A DNA stretch of 64,000 nucleotides from Barthelona sp. PCE (taxonomy: Eukaryota), in assembly GCA_040285745.1 (NCBI GenBank), contig JAUFOR010000004.1, forward strand, positions 372,001-436,000, read 5' to 3'. Below are positions 63,778-64,000 of the stretch, piece by piece. A program made the position numbers and the translations under genes. The notes under the pieces are model-generated. The model saw nothing but the letters and a program-made list of their open reading frames with translations, had not been told where the DNA came from and searched no databases. Numbering within the stretch: the stretch's first letter is position 1; every line of letters begins with the position of its first letter.

Positions 63778-64000
63778 TTAAACAATGGGGTCAAGAACAC
63801 CAACAAAATGTTCCTTAATTTGAGCAAAAACATCATCAATCTCACCGTTACCATCAATGATGTGAACGGCACCAGCATTTTCCTCAAAGAATTTGTAAAC
63901 GGGAATGGTATCATTAGAATATGTAACAAAACGCTTGCCAATGCTCTCAATGTTGTCATCAGCACGGCCAGAAGTACGTCCACGCTCAAGGAGACGCTCC
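63778..64000 (-). CDS. UMP-CMP kinase / adenylate kinase, 3' end (runs off the window)
   Basis: Frame absent from the ORF track: ERLLERGRTSGRADDNIESIGKRFVTY...IDGNGEIDDVF...DPIV-stop. Confidence 0.92.
   Translation of the reverse strand, partial: ERLLERGRTSGRADDNIESIGKRFVTYSNDTIPVYKFFEENAGAVHIIDGNGEIDDVFAQIKEHFVGVLDPIV

Noticed and set aside
63747..63989. 80-aa ORF in the track
   Set aside because: Wrong frame. The overlapping same-strand frame encodes the nucleoside monophosphate kinase C-terminus.
1..64000. Non-standard genetic code (TAA/TAG = Gln as in hexamitids, or ACN reassignment)
   Set aside because: Conserved genes end correctly at TAA, TAG and TGA, long ORFs are open in the standard code, and ACT/ACC occupy conserved Thr sites.

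Overview
Gene-dense eukaryotic genomic DNA using the standard genetic code. It holds about 46 protein genes, with intergenic spacers often under 100 bp and several abutting or overlapping convergent stop codons. The organism is a flagellated protist (CCDC146, NME7, SAM-kinesin-13). Five tiny (38-47 nt) GT-AG introns missed by the ORF track all begin GTATG and have the branch point a fixed 7 nt from the 3' end, as in Giardia and Trichomonas, so a metamonad-like organism is inferred but not proven. Most genes are housekeeping (importin-alpha, NOP53, NOG1, kinesins, WASH1, VPS53, SWC4, PKA-R, SF1, SMC2, TFB4, CAP, beta-adaptin, RPA3). There is a tRNA cluster (Glu-UUC x2, Thr-AGU). The most notable items are a 1732-bp hAT-type DNA transposon (55-bp TIRs, perfect 8-bp TSD, 5'-truncated but uninterrupted transposase frame) inserted in a 39-bp spacer, and a single ORF fusing a WCPPC nucleoredoxin domain to a UBA/coiled-coil/UBX p97-adaptor architecture. 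Protein calls come from motif recognition by eye; no searches were run.
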